Shown piece after piece: positions 31,243-32,000 of a stretch of DNA of 32,000 bases (the first letter of the stretch is position 1; every line of letters starts with the position of its first letter). The position numbers and the translations under genes are program-made. The notes under the pieces were generated by a model. It saw nothing but the letters and a program-made list of their open reading frames with translations. It did no database searches and was not told the origin of the DNA. The stretch spans positions 90,001 through 122,000 of the forward strand of contig NC_014735.1 of NCBI RefSeq assembly GCF_000172995.2. The letters run 5' to 3'. The DNA is from Halogeometricum borinquense DSM 11551. GTDB lineage: Archaea; Halobacteriota; Halobacteria; Halobacteriales; Haloferacaceae.

Positions 31243-32000
31243 TCACTCGACCGACCGAGCGGAGTTGACAACGACGAGGAGGCTGCTCGTTCCCATAGCG
31301 ACCGCGGCCAAGAGAGGATTGATGAGACCGGAAATGGCGAGCGGAATGGCGACGAGGTTGTAGACGAACGCCCACGCGAGGTTCTCGCGGATGCGGCGGT
31401 GCGTCCCGGCAGCGACGGAGAACACTGTTGGAACGGTGTCGAGTCCGCGTTCGACGATGATTGCGTCGGCCGCGCTCCCGGCGAGGTCCGTCCCTGATCC
31501 GAAGGCGATACCAACGTCCGCGGCCGCGAGGGCGGGTGCGTCGTTAGATCCATCGCCGACCATGGCGACGGTGCCGCGCGAGCGGAATCGTTCGACCGTC
31601 TCAGCTTTCGCTTCCGGCGGGACGCCTGCGAACACCTCGTCTACCGCCGGGTGCGACCGGAACTGTGCGGCCGCCCGTTCGTCGTCGCCGGTGAGAACGA
31701 CGAGTTCCCGCTCTGCACCGAGTTCGGACAGCGTCTCGTCCCACATCTCCCGCGGCGCGTCGCCCACGTCGAAAACGGCGCGTGCGGACCGATCCCAGCC
31801 AACGAACACCGGAACGCGGCCCGCGTCGCGGACCGACTCGCCAGCAGACGCGAGTTCATCAGGAACAGTTACTCCCGCCTCGCGTAGGAGCGACGGATGG
31901 CCGACGACGATGTCGGTACCATCGACGCGACCCGTCACGCCACGTTGGTGAACCGTAGAGTCCGTCACGGTCGGTAAGCGGTCGGGGGCGCATTGGACGA
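31243..32000 (-). CDS. Heavy-metal (P1B-type) P-type ATPase, C-terminal part; the 5' end lies beyond the window
   Basis: The sequence shows VAMVGDGSNDAPALAAADVGIAFGSGTD (hinge motif GDGxNDxP) and the final two TMs, NLAWAFVYNLVAIPLA...AAVAMGTSSLLVVVNSAR. The frame stays open upstream of the track start at 31968 through to position 32000 (...VQCAPDRLPTVTDSTV...). Confidence 0.85.
   Translation of the reverse strand, partial: VQCAPDRLPTVTDSTVHQRGVTGRVDGTDIVVGHPSLLREAGVTVPDELASAGESVRDAGRVPVFVGWDRSARAVFDVGDAPREMWDETLSELGAERELVVLTGDDERAAAQFRSHPAVDEVFAGVPPEAKAETVERFRSRGTVAMVGDGSNDAPALAAADVGIAFGSGTDLAGSAADAIIVERGLDTVPTVFSVAAGTHRRIRENLAWAFVYNLVAIPLAISGLINPLLAAVAMGTSSLLVVVNSARSVE

Overview
High-GC archaeal chromosome segment, almost certainly from a haloarchaeon (class Halobacteria). 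Hand counts give about 63% G+C in a typical coding row and 27-42% in several long spacers. Supporting signs are very acidic predicted proteins, a PGF-CTERM surface glycoprotein, a Tat-signal halocyanin, an HTH_10 (Bat-type) regulator, the haloarchaeal-type malate synthase, and TATA-like boxes 25-30 bp upstream of start codons, which implies leaderless transcripts. I call 31 protein-coding loci, one of them frameshifted. I found no rRNA, tRNA, CRISPR array, transposase or integrase. The supplied ORF track misses two genes that run off the window edges: an FAD/Fe-S oxidase at 1-2890 and a P-type ATPase at 31243-32000, both on the minus strand. It also misses three credible ORFs under 60 aa (13359-13484, 14920-15093, 22746-22919). 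About ten of its starts look too far upstream, because it takes the first TTG, GTG or ATG after a stop. Gene content by region: (i) 1-5954, a glycolate/D-lactate oxidase-like gene, a VOC gene, malate synthase aceB and an IclR regulator; (ii) 5955-10194, a 760-bp ORF-free AT-rich spacer followed by a 1159-aa surface protein; (iii) 10350-13484, a four-gene translationally coupled unit of two TenA paralogs, an SSS permease and a 41-aa membrane micro-ORF; (iv) 13524-14846, an Nramp-fold transporter lacking the canonical metal-binding residues; (v) 15098-17031, a divergent RNA ligase and PIN-like partner pair; (vi) 17416-32000, a stress and ion-homeostasis neighbourhood with Usp, CBS, CPA-RCK, APC, CaCA, halocyanin and a heavy-metal ATPase, including a four-CBS protein whose C-terminus looks like a bacterial HPF/RaiA domain. 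Nothing here resembles a known defence or mobile system. The most novel-looking items are the TenA-TenA-SSS-microORF unit, the substituted Nramp homolog and the CBS-HPF-like fusion. All functional calls rest on motif recognition by eye, since no searches were run.
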